Under the pieces are notes generated by a model. The model worked only from the letters and a program-made list of their open reading frames with translations, ran no database searches and was not told the origin of the DNA. Shown one piece after another: positions 1-9,903 of a DNA stretch of 32,000 bases; position 1 is the stretch's first letter, and each line of letters begins with the position of its first letter. The position numbers and the translations under genes were made by a program. Source of the DNA: Prochlorococcus sp. MIT 0801 (GTDB lineage: Bacteria > Cyanobacteriota > Cyanobacteriia > PCC-6307 > Cyanobiaceae); the NCBI RefSeq assembly GCF_000757865.1, contig NZ_CP007754.1, forward strand, positions 1,860,001 through 1,892,000, read 5' to 3'.

Positions 1-1768
1 ATGAACGTATTACAAGCAAGCCGGCAAATTCTCCTTGAGAGCCTGCATTTGGCTGAAGAGAAACTCCCTTAAAACCAGTCAAAGCAGACAGCCAACTTTC
101 AAGGTCATTAATTATTTCGCGGAATCCAGATAATTGAGCCTGAGGAGCAAAAGGATGTATAGAAGAAATCTCGCTCCATTCAATGGGTAAAAGTTCTGCA
201 GCTGCATTCAATTTCATTGTGCAACTCCCAAGGGGAATCATTCCTTGAACTAAAGAAAAATCTTTAGAAACTAAAAAATGAATATATCTCATTAAATCAG
301 TTTCACTTTGATATTGGTTAAATACTGATTGTTCAAGCCAAGGTTTTACTCGAAGTGGAATATCTATGATTTCTACATTTTTATTCATATAAGTATCAAT
401 ATCTTTGACGTTTTTTCCTTTGACTTTTGCAAGAATTTGATGCAGTTTATAAATTTCTTCATCACAAGTTAATTCATCAAAAGTCACACCAAAACCTTTA
501 GCATTTTCAGTATCTGATCCAATGGGAAGTACTCTGAGGTTATACCCTTCTTCTGAGGCTAAGTTAATTACTTTTACTGCCTCTGGACAAAAGATATCAA
601 CACTATCGAACCTGGGATATCTATCTAATGGATATTCTAAATTACTTAAAATATTTTCAAAATATGATCTATATTTAATTATCTTTTTTGCTATTTGTTT
701 AAGACCATCTGGACCATGATGTAATGCATAGAAAGAAGAAAGAACAGCCAATAAAACTTGAGCAGTGCAAATGTTACTTGTAGCTTTATCTCTTCGAATA
801 TGTTGCTCTCTTGTTTGAAGAGCCAGTCTCAAAACTTTATTGCCATCTACATCAACTGATTGACCGACTATCCTTCCTGGTATTTGTCTTTTATATATTT
901 CTTTAGTTGCAAAAAAAGCTGCATGAGGTCCACCACAAGCAATAGGGACACCAAATCTTTGAGCGCTACCAACAACAATATCTGCACCAAATTCTCCCAT
1001 TGGTTTAATCAAAACCTGAGCCAAAGGGTCGATTGCGACAGTAACAAGTGCATCGAATTTGTGTACCTGATTAATTATTGATGTTGGGTTCCAAATACGA
1101 CCGTTTTTTCCAGGTAACTGAATAATGATTCCAAAGACATTACTATCAATTTCAAACTTATTGTTATCAAAGATCTCAAGAACAATTCCTAGTGGTTCAC
1201 ATCGAGTTTTTAATACATCAAATGTTTGCGGCAAAATTTCTTGATCTACTAAAAATTTATCAGCATTTTTATTTTTTCTAACAGCCAAACTTAAACTTAT
1301 TGCCTCAGCTGCCGCAGTTGCTTCGTCAAGTAATGACGCATTTGATATTGGTAAACCTGTTAATTCAGTTATTAAAGTCTGAAAATTAAATAAAGCTTCT
1401 AATCGGCCTTGCGATATTTCTGCTTGATAAGGAGTGTAAGCAGTGTACCAATTGGGATTTTCTAGAACATTTCTTTGTATAACTGGAGGTAAAACAGTCG
1501 AATGGTAACCAAGCCCAATCAGGGAACGATTTTCAACATTTTTCTTTGCAATTGAATTGATTTCTTTTAACGCTTGATTTTGATCACACCCATCTGGTAT
1601 TGAAACACCAATGTTTTCAGAATCAAAGATTTCATTGGGAATTACAGAAGATATAAATTCTTCAGAATTTTCAAACCCAAGAATTTGAAGCATTAAGGCT
1701 TCTTCTTCGTTAGTTGGTCCTATATGGCGAGACTTAAAAGTAAAATCCTTTAATTCTGCTTTTGACAT
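1..1768 (-). CDS. gcvP: Glycine dehydrogenase (decarboxylating), glycine-cleavage P protein; N-terminal ~589 codons, with the gene running off the left edge
   Basis: Absent from the ORF track because it is open at the window edge. My reverse-strand translation from the ATG (complement of 1766-1768) reads [29 protein letters not shown]... At the left edge it reads ...[20 protein letters not shown]. Both match conserved GcvP blocks (RHIGP; QPN.G.QGE.AGLL). No other long ORF on either strand covers 1-1768. Confidence 0.9.
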   Translation of the reverse strand, partial: MSKAELKDFTFKSRHIGPTNEEEALMLQILGFENSEEFISSVIPNEIFDSENIGVSIPDGCDQNQALKEINSIAKKNVENRSLIGLGYHSTVLPPVIQRNVLENPNWYTAYTPYQAEISQGRLEALFNFQTLITELTGLPISNASLLDEATAAAEAISLSLAVRKNKNADKFLVDQEILPQTFDVLKTRCEPLGIVLEIFDNNKFEIDSNVFGIIIQLPGKNGRIWNPTSIINQVHKFDALVTVAIDPLAQVLIKPMGEFGADIVVGSAQRFGVPIACGGPHAAFFATKEIYKRQIPGRIVGQSVDVDGNKVLRLALQTREQHIRRDKATSNICTAQVLLAVLSSFYALHHGPDGLKQIAKKIIKYRSYFENILSNLEYPLDRYPRFDSVDIFCPEAVKVINLASEEGYNLRVLPIGSDTENAKGFGVTFDELTCDEEIYKLHQILAKVKGKNVKDIDTYMNKNVEIIDIPLRVKPWLEQSVFNQYQSETDLMRYIHFLVSKDFSLVQGMIPLGSCTMKLNAAAELLPIEWSEISSIHPFAPQAQLSGFREIINDLESWLSALTGFKGVSLQPNAGSQGEFAGLLVIRS

Positions 1769-1869
1769 GAGCTTGTTCTCAAGCACAAGCAAATTAAGCT
1801 ATTAGAATGAATGCCAGTGTAGAGAAAAATTTCCTAATTTGTTGTAAGAAAAAATTATTCAGTCAAGTT

Positions 1870-2256
1870 TTAGGCAGCAATTTTTTTTGAATAAGTTTCA
1901 GAATCCATAAGGTCTTTTAATTGTTCAGGATTTTCAGGACGAATTATTAATAGCCATCCTTCGCCATGAGGATCATTTTGAAGTTCCTCTGGGCTTGCTA
2001 AAACAGAATTATTTCTATGGACAATTTCTCCGCTCACTGGAGCATACATATCCTCAACAGCCTTTACTGACTCTACTGAACCAAAGCTCTGTCCTTTGGC
2101 TATTGCAGTGCCTTCCTCTGGTAGATCAACAAAAACGATATCACCTAACTGATCGACCGCAAATTCACTGATGCCAATTCGAACTAAAGCATCATCAGCA
2201 CAAGCATATTCGTGACTGTCAGCAAAACGAAAATGATCTGGGAAGGAAAAAGCCAT
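1870..2256 (-). CDS. gcvH: Glycine-cleavage system H protein (lipoyl carrier)
   Basis: 128 aa. It has the typical GcvH N-terminus (F.D..RF..SHEY...D....RIGIS.FA.DQLGDIVFV.LPE.G) and the lipoyl-lysine motif SVESVKAV. It lies directly upstream of gcvP on the same strand. Confidence 0.93.
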   Translation of the reverse strand: MAFSFPDHFRFADSHEYACADDALVRIGISEFAVDQLGDIVFVDLPEEGTAIAKGQSFGSVESVKAVEDMYAPVSGEIVHRNNSVLASPEELQNDPHGEGWLLIIRPENPEQLKDLMDSETYSKKIAA

Positions 2257-2276
2257 TGCGTCAAAACGAAAAAGGC

Positions 2277-3542
2277 TTAATCATTCTGGGGCAATTTGAT
2301 CAATCCTGCCTGAAATAAATTGGATAGTGCATGAATCAAAGCAATTTTGACATGTGCTCGATGAGATCCTCCTTGTATAAAAAGATCAAATGGAGGTTTT
2401 AGAGGCGCATCAGCAGAAAATTCACTCGTACTACCATCTATGAAAGTTCCTCCAGCCATGACTAAGTTGTTTTCATAACCTGGCATAGGTGCAGGTACTG
2501 GATCGAGAAAAGATCCAATAGGTGATTTTTCTTGAAAAGACCTACAAATAATTTGTAAAATTTTTGGATCGCCTATTCTTACTGCTTGGATCAAATCAGT
2601 TCGAATAGAACCTGGGGTGGGCAAAACTTGAAAGCCCAATTCACTGAATGTAGTAGAAATAATCTCAGCACCAATTAGGGCCTCAGCGACCATTTGAGGC
2701 GCAAGAAAAAGTCCTTGCAAAATAGTTCTATTTAAGTCAAAAGTAATTCCACCCTCAGATCCAATACCTGGAGCAGTCAAGCGGCAACATGCTTTATCAA
2801 CTAAATCACCTTTTCCTGCGACATACCCACCAGTAGGAACGATAGTTCCCCCTAAATTTTTTATTAAAGAACCTGCAATCAAATCTGCCCCTACTGAGGT
2901 TGGTTCCTTAGTTTCGACAAACTCTCCATAACAATTATCTACAAAACAAATACAATTAGGCTGAATCTTATGACATAGGTCACAAATCTCTTTAATAACC
3001 TCAATACTCAAAGATGGGCGCCATGTGTAACCACAACTACGTTGTATAAAAATTAATTTTCTAGGTATATTTAAAGCTTTTTCTAAAGCGACAAAATCTA
3101 TATTTCCGTCATTTTTTAGAGATACCTCCTCATAGTTAATACCAAACTCAATCAAGGATCCTTGGCCGTTTCCCCTTAATCCAATCACCTCTTCAAGTGA
3201 TTCGTAGGGCCTTCCAGTAACAGATAATAAATAATCTCCTGGTCTTAAAACCCCAAACAAAGATGATGTAATAGCATGGGTTCCACTTACAAACTGAAGC
3301 CTTACTGCTGCTTTTTCAGAATCTAAAATATCTGCATAAATTTTATCAATTATATCTCTACCTAAATCTCCATGTCCATATCCTGTTAAAGAGGCAAAAT
3401 GTTGCACATTTAGATGAGAATTAATGAAAGCATTTAATACTTTTTCTAATTTAAATGAAATGCTATCAATCTTTTCATTAATAGATAAATATAATTTTTT
3501 TTCTATTTGATTAACAAAATTTTTAGCAGAATTTTTTAACAT
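2277..3542 (-). CDS. PLP-dependent Cys/Met-metabolism enzyme of the YnbB / Met_gamma_lyase family (usually annotated 'aluminium resistance protein'); function unknown
   Basis: 421 aa with an ATG start. Blocks such as TGYGHGDLGRD, FVSGTHAI and GSLIKNLGG are as I remember them for this family. It is 20 nt upstream of gcvH on the same strand. Confidence 0.72.
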   Translation of the reverse strand: MLKNSAKNFVNQIEKKLYLSINEKIDSISFKLEKVLNAFINSHLNVQHFASLTGYGHGDLGRDIIDKIYADILDSEKAAVRLQFVSGTHAITSSLFGVLRPGDYLLSVTGRPYESLEEVIGLRGNGQGSLIEFGINYEEVSLKNDGNIDFVALEKALNIPRKLIFIQRSCGYTWRPSLSIEVIKEICDLCHKIQPNCICFVDNCYGEFVETKEPTSVGADLIAGSLIKNLGGTIVPTGGYVAGKGDLVDKACCRLTAPGIGSEGGITFDLNRTILQGLFLAPQMVAEALIGAEIISTTFSELGFQVLPTPGSIRTDLIQAVRIGDPKILQIICRSFQEKSPIGSFLDPVPAPMPGYENNLVMAGGTFIDGSTSEFSADAPLKPPFDLFIQGGSHRAHVKIALIHALSNLFQAGLIKLPQND

Positions 3543-3580
3543 CTTAGTTTTTAATTAAGCAAAAATAAGTTTTTCTTAAA

Positions 3581-4315
3581 TTAATCTGAAAAAATAATTT
3601 CTAATTTTTCTTGATCTTTAAGTAATAAGCCTCGTTGGCGAAGATTTTCCAAAAATCCATCTGCACCTTGCAAATTATTTGTATTTAACAATTTATTTGT
3701 TGCATGTAAATCTAACAATTCACCATCAAGTTCCTCGGCAGTGTAATCCTTCAAACCCGCCATAACTGCTTCAAATCTTTCTCTTCGTTGTTTTTTGCTT
3801 ACTGGATATGCTGACATAACTTGTTCTCTACACATTCTCCATGACCTTCCTTTACATAAATAATCTGCCAAAGCGGCACTGAGCACAGCTGCCTCAGCTT
3901 CCTCAATAAACCAATCAAAGGACGAAGGTAAAGGAGCTAAACCAACAAAAATCTCAAAGAAGTCACCAGCAGAGAGTGGATTATTATCATTTCCATCAAC
4001 AGCAATAGCTGATTCTTGAAGTGATCTATGCAACTCAGGATGGACAGTCAATATTTGACTTTCAATATTTTCTAACCCACGGGAAAGTACTTGATTTACT
4101 TTCCCCAAAGCAAAAAACACCTCAGGACTTGGAGAAACAAGTTTGCCATTTCGAAGATTTGAGATTTGAGAACTATGAACTCTACCCAGATCTAAACATT
4201 CGGCCAAAGCAGGAAGAACTTTATGAGACCAGCCATTGCGCTCATGCCATACATGCACTAGATGAGCCATTGCCCTTCTGCCTGCTGTCAGTTGGTCCCG
4301 AAAACTAGAAGTCAC
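3581..4315 (-). CDS. Hypothetical protein with a possible N-terminal XRE-like helix-turn-helix
   Basis: 244-aa ORF with no competing frame. The segment SSQISNLRNGKLVSPSPEVFFALGKV resembles the recognition helix plus following turn of XRE-family HTH domains (S.iS.iErGkr.Ps.e.l..la). The maximal ORF starts at GTG 4315, with an alternative ATG at 4270. The rest of the protein is not recognisable to me. Confidence 0.6.
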   Translation of the reverse strand: MTSSFRDQLTAGRRAMAHLVHVWHERNGWSHKVLPALAECLDLGRVHSSQISNLRNGKLVSPSPEVFFALGKVNQVLSRGLENIESQILTVHPELHRSLQESAIAVDGNDNNPLSAGDFFEIFVGLAPLPSSFDWFIEEAEAAVLSAALADYLCKGRSWRMCREQVMSAYPVSKKQRRERFEAVMAGLKDYTAEELDGELLDLHATNKLLNTNNLQGADGFLENLRQRGLLLKDQEKLEIIFSD

Positions 4316-4394
4316 AAATCACATTCAAGATTGACGGATAAAACCGGTTAGGATCCTTATCGTATATTATATACAACAATTAGACGGATCACTA

Positions 4395-5324
4395 ATGGTT
4401 TCAAGTTTAATCGAGGCTTCGGCTCCATTAAAAAAACCAGTTGCTGCCGATAAAGCGATGGCTGCATCGAAAAAGCTCCAAGGGCATGTACCAAGACGGA
4501 TTCATAACCAAAGGGCCAGAAGAAGATGGGGAACGGTTATATTTATGTTAGCAATACATGCTCTAACAATATTTACGTTGCAAGCTCAATTCTGGAGTTG
4601 GCTAGCATTCTCTGGATTTATTTTCTTATATTGGGTAACTGCTTGCTTGGGAGTAACTACTGGATATCATCGCCTGCTTTCACATCGTTCTTTTCAAGTT
4701 CCAAAATGGCTTGAAAGATTTTTTGCAACTTGTGGAGCATTAAGTTGCCAACATGGTCCAATTGATTGGGTTGGTCTTCATAGGCATCATCATACTTTTT
4801 CCGATACTGATGCTGATCATCATGACAGCAACAAAGGATTTTGGTGGAGTCACATGGGATGGATGTTTGAAGATGTGCCTGCAATGAAAGCCGTTCCAAG
4901 ACTCTCTGGAGATTTAATCAAAGATCCTTACTATCGCTTCTTAAATAAGAATTTTCTACTTTTGCAATTACCTTTAGGCGCAACGCTCTATTTAATTGGC
5001 CAATCAGCTGGGGTTGGAGGATGGGCAATGGTCCTATGGGGAATTCCTTTAAGACTGGTTTTTGTTTATCACATAACTTGGCTGGTTAATTCAGCAACAC
5101 ATTGTTGGGGTTCTATTGCATATGAGAGTGGAGATAATTCCAAAAATAATAAATGGGTTGCAGCGCTTACTTTTGGAGAAGGGTGGCACAACAATCATCA
5201 TGCTTTTCCCAATTCAGCGAAGCATGGCCTTCAACGAAATCAAATAGATCTAACTTGGCAACACATACGTTTTTTAAAAGCAATTGGGTTAGCCAAAAAA
5301 ATTAGACTCCCTATCGCGTCGTAA
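4395..5324 (+). CDS. desC: Membrane acyl-lipid fatty-acid desaturase, delta-9 (DesC) type
   Basis: 309 aa. It has three histidine boxes, HRLLSH, HRHHH and HNNHH, separated by hydrophobic segments. This is the hallmark of membrane di-iron desaturases, and the overall pattern (GYHRL.SHRSF, WV..HR.HH..SD...D.H, GEGWHNNHHAFP.SA.HG) is the delta-9 type. Confidence 0.88.
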   Translation: MVSSLIEASAPLKKPVAADKAMAASKKLQGHVPRRIHNQRARRRWGTVIFMLAIHALTIFTLQAQFWSWLAFSGFIFLYWVTACLGVTTGYHRLLSHRSFQVPKWLERFFATCGALSCQHGPIDWVGLHRHHHTFSDTDADHHDSNKGFWWSHMGWMFEDVPAMKAVPRLSGDLIKDPYYRFLNKNFLLLQLPLGATLYLIGQSAGVGGWAMVLWGIPLRLVFVYHITWLVNSATHCWGSIAYESGDNSKNNKWVAALTFGEGWHNNHHAFPNSAKHGLQRNQIDLTWQHIRFLKAIGLAKKIRLPIAS

Positions 5325-5368
5325 TATTAATAACAACAAGTTAAATAGAATTAATTCTTTTTCGATTC

Positions 5369-5827
5369 ATGGCTAAGCGAGTTCAAGTTGTTCTAAATGA
5401 AGACATAAAAAGTCTTGGCAAAGATGGTGACCTTGTTGAGGTCGCTCCTGGTTTTGCTAGAAACTTTTTATTACCTAACAAAAAAGCATTACCAGTTACT
5501 CCCACTGTTTTAAAACAAGTGGAGCATAGAAGAGCAAAACAAGCAGAAAAAGAAGCTGCTAAAAAACAAGAAGCTATTGATTTCCAAACAGCTCTGACAA
5601 CAATTGGAAGATTTACTGTCAAAAAACAAGTAGGAGAAGATGGAGTTTTATTTGGAACAGTGACAAATGGAGATGTAGCCGAAGTTGTAAAAGAAGCTAC
5701 CAAAAAGGATATAGATCGAAGAGACATATCTGTCCCTGAAATACATGGTGTTGGGAAATATAAAGTGCAAATCAAACTTCATAACGAAGTAAATGCTGAG
5801 ATCAACCTTGAAGTCACAAGTTACTAA
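5369..5827 (+). CDS. rplI: 50S ribosomal protein L9
   Basis: 152 aa. N-terminus [36 protein letters not shown] is the conserved L9 N-domain. It shows the classic rplI-dnaB synteny. Confidence 0.93.
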   Translation: MAKRVQVVLNEDIKSLGKDGDLVEVAPGFARNFLLPNKKALPVTPTVLKQVEHRRAKQAEKEAAKKQEAIDFQTALTTIGRFTVKKQVGEDGVLFGTVTNGDVAEVVKEATKKDIDRRDISVPEIHGVGKYKVQIKLHNEVNAEINLEVTSY

Positions 5828-5884
5828 TAGTTGCATCTTTGCCTGAACAAGCCAAAGTAAGTGTCCTTGTTCAAAAAGCAATAG

Positions 5885-7300
5885 ATGATAAGCACCCCCT
5901 CTTCAAATAACGGGGATTTCTCAAAACAAGGTAGAGATTTTGGAGCTTTTAATAATTCCAAGATTGATAAGCCTCGTTTTGAAGCTCAACCTGAACAAAT
6001 ACCACCACAAAATTTAGAAGCAGAAGAATCTGTTCTTGGTGGAATTTTATTGGATCCTGATGCGATAGGAAGAATAGCTGATTTACTTCAAGTTGAAGCT
6101 TTTTACATATCTGCTCATCAAGAAATATATAGAACTGCATTAATGCTTCATAGCCAAGGCAAGCCTACAGATTTGACCGCAATGAGCGCTTGGCTTGCCG
6201 ATACAAATTCTTTAGAAAAAGTTGGAGGCAACAACCGATTAGTTGAACTAGTTGAGCGGGTTACATCTACCGCTTCAATAGAGCAAGTTGCTAAATTAAT
6301 TAGCGATAAATTTCTGCGCAGACAATTAATTAAATCTGGAAATGATGTTATCAAATTAGGCTTTGATCAAAGTCTTCCAATGGAAGAAGCTATTGATAAA
6401 GCTGAACAGAAGATCTTTGCTATTAGCCAAGAGCAACCATCCAAAGGTTTAACACCCACGTCGGAAATTTTAACAAGTACTTTCAATGAAATCGAAAGTA
6501 GATCACTTGGTACTTCAGTTGCAGGAATACCAGTTAATTTTTACGATCTGGATGCAATGACACAAGGACTTCAGAGGAGCGATCTAATAATTGTTGCCGG
6601 AAGACCAGCAATGGGAAAAACTTCAATTGTTCTTAATTTGGCTAAAAACGTAGCGCAACTACATGACTTACCTGTATGTGTTTTCAGTCTTGAGATGAGT
6701 AAAGAGCAGCTAACTTACAGATTGCTATCAAGCGAGGTAGGTATTGAAAGCAGTAGATTAAGAACTGGACGTTTGCAGCAAGATGAATGGCCATTGCTTG
6801 GTCAAGGTATTAATACTCTTGGTCAATTACCAATCTTCATTGACGACAAACCAAATTCAAGTGTTCTTGAGATGAGGTCCTTGTGTCGTCGCCTAATTGC
6901 CGAACAAGGCAAAGAACTGGGACTAATTGTGATTGATTATCTACAACTAATGGAAGGTACGTCAGAGAATAGAGTTCAAGAAATCTCAAGAATTACTCGA
7001 GGTCTTAAGGGTATGGCACGAGAACTTAAAGTACCTGTAATCGCTTTATCTCAATTAAGTAGAGGAGTTGAATCAAGAACAAATAAAAGACCAATGCTTA
7101 GCGATCTGCGTGAATCTGGCTCAATAGAACAGGATGCGGACTTGGTTCTAATGATTTATAGGGATGAATATTACAATCCAGAAACTACTGATAGAGGAAT
7201 TACAGAAGTTATCGTGACAAAACACAGAAATGGACCTGTTGGAACAGTTAAATTACTTTTTGAACCCCAATTCACTAGATTTAGAAATCTTGCTGCTTAA
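5885..7300 (+). CDS. dnaB: Replicative DNA helicase DnaB (no intein)
   Basis: 471 aa. Motifs include PQNLEAEESVLGGILLD (DnaB N-domain), Walker A GRPAMGKTS, IDYLQLM and SGSIEQDADLV. Confidence 0.93.
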   Translation: MISTPSSNNGDFSKQGRDFGAFNNSKIDKPRFEAQPEQIPPQNLEAEESVLGGILLDPDAIGRIADLLQVEAFYISAHQEIYRTALMLHSQGKPTDLTAMSAWLADTNSLEKVGGNNRLVELVERVTSTASIEQVAKLISDKFLRRQLIKSGNDVIKLGFDQSLPMEEAIDKAEQKIFAISQEQPSKGLTPTSEILTSTFNEIESRSLGTSVAGIPVNFYDLDAMTQGLQRSDLIIVAGRPAMGKTSIVLNLAKNVAQLHDLPVCVFSLEMSKEQLTYRLLSSEVGIESSRLRTGRLQQDEWPLLGQGINTLGQLPIFIDDKPNSSVLEMRSLCRRLIAEQGKELGLIVIDYLQLMEGTSENRVQEISRITRGLKGMARELKVPVIALSQLSRGVESRTNKRPMLSDLRESGSIEQDADLVLMIYRDEYYNPETTDRGITEVIVTKHRNGPVGTVKLLFEPQFTRFRNLAA

Positions 7301-7334
7301 TTGTTCGAAAATTAAATTCCTAAATGCTTAATTG

Positions 7335-9305
7335 ATGATTACTAAACAATCTTCAAATGAAAGTTTTGACGTAATTGTTGTAGGAGGTGGTCATGCGGGC
7401 TGCGAGGCTGCCCTGACTTCAGCAAGATTGGGATGTAATACAGCTTTATTTACACTCAATTTAGATCGCATCGCATGGCAACCATGTAATCCCGCAGTAG
7501 GGGGACCAGCCAAGAGTCAATTAGTTCATGAAGTTGATGCGCTAGGAGGGATAATCGGAAAATTAGCCGACTTAACAGCTCTTCAAAAAAGAGTGCTTAA
7601 CGCAAGCAGAGGACCTGCGGTTAGGGCATTGAGAGCACAAACAGATAAGCGGTCATATGCACATGAAATGCTGAAAATCCTCCAAAATACGCCAAATTTA
7701 AAGATTAGAGAAGCAATGGTTACTGGGCTAGAAATTGAACATTATTCCAAGCAAATTGACAAAAAAATACCAGCAATTCAAGAGAGAATTGGATTTATAA
7801 AGGGAGTTAAAACCTATTTTGGAAGCGTTTTTTATGCAAAAGCAGTTGTACTTACAACAGGAACATTTTTAGGAGGCAGGATTTGGATTGGCAATCAATC
7901 TATGAGTGCAGGTCGATCAGGAGAGCAGGCCTCTGAAGGGTTAACGGAAGAGTTAAAAAAGTTGGGCTTTACTACTGATCGTTTAAAAACAGGCACACCT
8001 GCTCGCGTCGATAGAAGAACTATTGACCTTAAATCCCTCGATGAGCAATTGAGCGATGCTTCAGATAAATTCTTCTCGTTTGATCCTCTTTGGTGGAAAA
8101 GTGGAGAACAAATGAGTTGTCATATCACTCGAACAACAAAAGAAACTCACCAACTGATTAAAAATAATCTTCATTTAACTCCTATTTATGGAGGTTTTAT
8201 TGATAGTAAAGGTCCAAGATATTGTCCATCCATTGAAGATAAAATTGTACGTTTTGCTGATAAAGAATCGCACCAGATTTTCTTGGAACCGGAAGGTAGA
8301 GATACTCCAGAAATGTATGTGCAAGGTTTCTCAACCGGACTACCCGAAAACTTACAATTAGAACTTTTAAGGACTCTGCCAGGCTTAGAAAAATGCGTAA
8401 TGCTTAGACCTGCTTATGCAGTGGAATATGACTACATACCAGCAACACAACTAGACGCAACATTAGAAACAAAAAGAGTAAGTGGTTTATATAGTGCAGG
8501 CCAACTAAATGGAACAACAGGATACGAAGAAGCTGCAGCTCAAGGTTTAGTAGCAGGTTTAAATGCTGCAAGATTAGTGAACAATAAAGAAGGAATTATT
8601 TTCGAAAGAGAAAGTAGTTATATTGGAACCATGATTGACGACTTAGTTACAAAAGATTTAAAAGAGCCATATAGAGTGTTAACCAGTAGAAGTGAGTACC
8701 GATTAATCCTTAGGGGTGATAATGCAGATAGAAGATTGACTCCTCTTGGCTATAAATTAGGATTAATCGATGAAAGAAGATGGAAAATATTTAATGCTAA
8801 GCAACAATTAATCAATCAAGAGAAAGAGAGACTAGAGAAAGAGAGAATTAAAGAAAGTGATAAGTGTGCAAAGGAAATATATTCCACAACAGGAATACCT
8901 ATAAAAGGATCTTTGACTTTAGCAAATTTCCTGAGAAGAACAAATATTCACTATAAAGATTTGATTACTTATAATTTAACAACTCAAAGTATTCCTTTAG
9001 ATGTTGAGGAAGGAGTTGAGATAGATATTAAATATAGTGGTTATTTAGACAGGCAAAAAGCTCAAATAAATCAATTAAAACAGCAAAGTAAAAAGTTATT
9101 ACCAAAAAATTTAAATTACAATAATATAGAAACATTATCTAAAGAAGCCAGGGAAAAATTAACAATTTCTCAGCCAAAAAGCCTGGGGCATGCTGCTCAA
9201 CTTCCAGGCGTGAGCAAAGCTGATCTCACTGCACTTCTCGTATGGTTAAAAATAGAGCAAATGAAAAAAGTTAAAAGCAAAGATTCACTTCAAATAAAAA
9301 GTTAA
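7335..9305 (+). CDS. mnmG: tRNA uridine-5-carboxymethylaminomethyl modification enzyme MnmG (GidA)
   Basis: FAD-binding N-terminus [16 protein letters not shown], plus [11 protein letters not shown] and the [15 protein letters not shown] blocks. The ORF track starts at TTG 7332, and the adjacent ATG at 7335 is the more likely start. Confidence 0.93.
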   Translation: MITKQSSNESFDVIVVGGGHAGCEAALTSARLGCNTALFTLNLDRIAWQPCNPAVGGPAKSQLVHEVDALGGIIGKLADLTALQKRVLNASRGPAVRALRAQTDKRSYAHEMLKILQNTPNLKIREAMVTGLEIEHYSKQIDKKIPAIQERIGFIKGVKTYFGSVFYAKAVVLTTGTFLGGRIWIGNQSMSAGRSGEQASEGLTEELKKLGFTTDRLKTGTPARVDRRTIDLKSLDEQLSDASDKFFSFDPLWWKSGEQMSCHITRTTKETHQLIKNNLHLTPIYGGFIDSKGPRYCPSIEDKIVRFADKESHQIFLEPEGRDTPEMYVQGFSTGLPENLQLELLRTLPGLEKCVMLRPAYAVEYDYIPATQLDATLETKRVSGLYSAGQLNGTTGYEEAAAQGLVAGLNAARLVNNKEGIIFERESSYIGTMIDDLVTKDLKEPYRVLTSRSEYRLILRGDNADRRLTPLGYKLGLIDERRWKIFNAKQQLINQEKERLEKERIKESDKCAKEIYSTTGIPIKGSLTLANFLRRTNIHYKDLITYNLTTQSIPLDVEEGVEIDIKYSGYLDRQKAQINQLKQQSKKLLPKNLNYNNIETLSKEAREKLTISQPKSLGHAAQLPGVSKADLTALLVWLKIEQMKKVKSKDSLQIKS

Positions 9306-9310
9306 TAGCA

Positions 9311-9898
9311 GTGAATTCACGTCAATCTCAATTACCTTCTCCTTTAGTAATTTGGAAAGCATCAAAAGAAAATGTTCTTTCAGGGAGAGGCAACCATAAG
9401 CTGTCTGGGGCTTGGCAGTTAATGCTATTGGGTGACGGAAGTCCAACAAGACATCTCAAGCTATTAACAGGTCATGAAGTTGCCATCAAGGTTATATCCA
9501 TGGCTACTGAAAATAATAATGGAATTGGTGTACCAGAAGAAGTCAATGAGCTAGAACCACCTTTAATACGAAGACAAGTTTGGCTGACATGCGGAGACTT
9601 AACCCTTGCATGGGCTGAAAGTTGGTGGAATTATCAGGAAGCAGAAAAACATCTGCGCAATAAGGATCAACCTATCTGGAAAAGCCTCACCCAAGGACGC
9701 TCAGAACTTTTTAGAGAAGTAGATGGATTGGGTTTAGTAGATGCCAATTGGCTGAAATTAGAATTCGAAGAAGAGGGTCCTTTTTGGAGCAGGCATTACC
9801 GATTTTTTCGTCAACAAAAAGAATTAACTGTAATCAGAGAAGTATTTAGCCCAAAGCTAGAAAAATGGCTAGGACCAGTTCCGAGGAAAGCTTTTTGA
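9311..9898 (+). CDS. Chorismate pyruvate-lyase-like protein (UbiC/DUF98 family; plastoquinone head-group synthesis in cyanobacteria)
   Basis: 195 aa. LLGDGSPTRHLKLLTG..V and the C-terminal R.Y.......L.VIREVFSP fit the Chor_lyase family pattern. It has a GTG start 5 nt after the mnmG stop, and the first in-frame ATG is about 38 codons downstream. Confidence 0.68.
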   Translation: MNSRQSQLPSPLVIWKASKENVLSGRGNHKLSGAWQLMLLGDGSPTRHLKLLTGHEVAIKVISMATENNNGIGVPEEVNELEPPLIRRQVWLTCGDLTLAWAESWWNYQEAEKHLRNKDQPIWKSLTQGRSELFREVDGLGLVDANWLKLEFEEEGPFWSRHYRFFRQQKELTVIREVFSPKLEKWLGPVPRKAF

Positions 9899-9903
9899 GA
9901 AAA

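Noticed and set aside
522-1081. Plus-strand ORFs 522-719 and 860-1081 from the ORF track.
   Set aside because: They are antisense to the edge-truncated gcvP reading frame, which translates into conserved GcvP blocks across the whole 1-1768 interval.
5340-5368. Terminator-like A/T palindromes after desC (agaattaattct + ttttt), and after the 83-aa gene (caattcgctaattg + tttt at about 18176-18193).
   Set aside because: The stems are only 4-5 A/T-rich base pairs with negligible predicted stability. Such palindromes are common by chance in DNA of this composition. There is not enough evidence to annotate terminators.
5383-5775. Long antisense ORFs inside well-supported genes: 130 aa opposite rplI, 155 aa at 11760-12227 opposite ligA, 95 aa at 4021-4308, 105 aa at 14614-14931, and 91-92 aa ORFs opposite valS, mazG and aspS.
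   Set aside because: Each lies wholly inside a gene whose protein carries unambiguous family motifs. Their translations are low-complexity (F/S/L/C-rich), as expected from reading Lys/Glu-rich AT-rich codons backwards. None has a recognisable motif or its own intergenic promoter space.
8806-8865. Short tandem-like repeat agagaaagagaga... in mnmG.
   Set aside because: It is in-frame coding low complexity ([12 protein letters not shown]) in the variable linker of MnmG. It is not a structural repeat or a CRISPR-like element.
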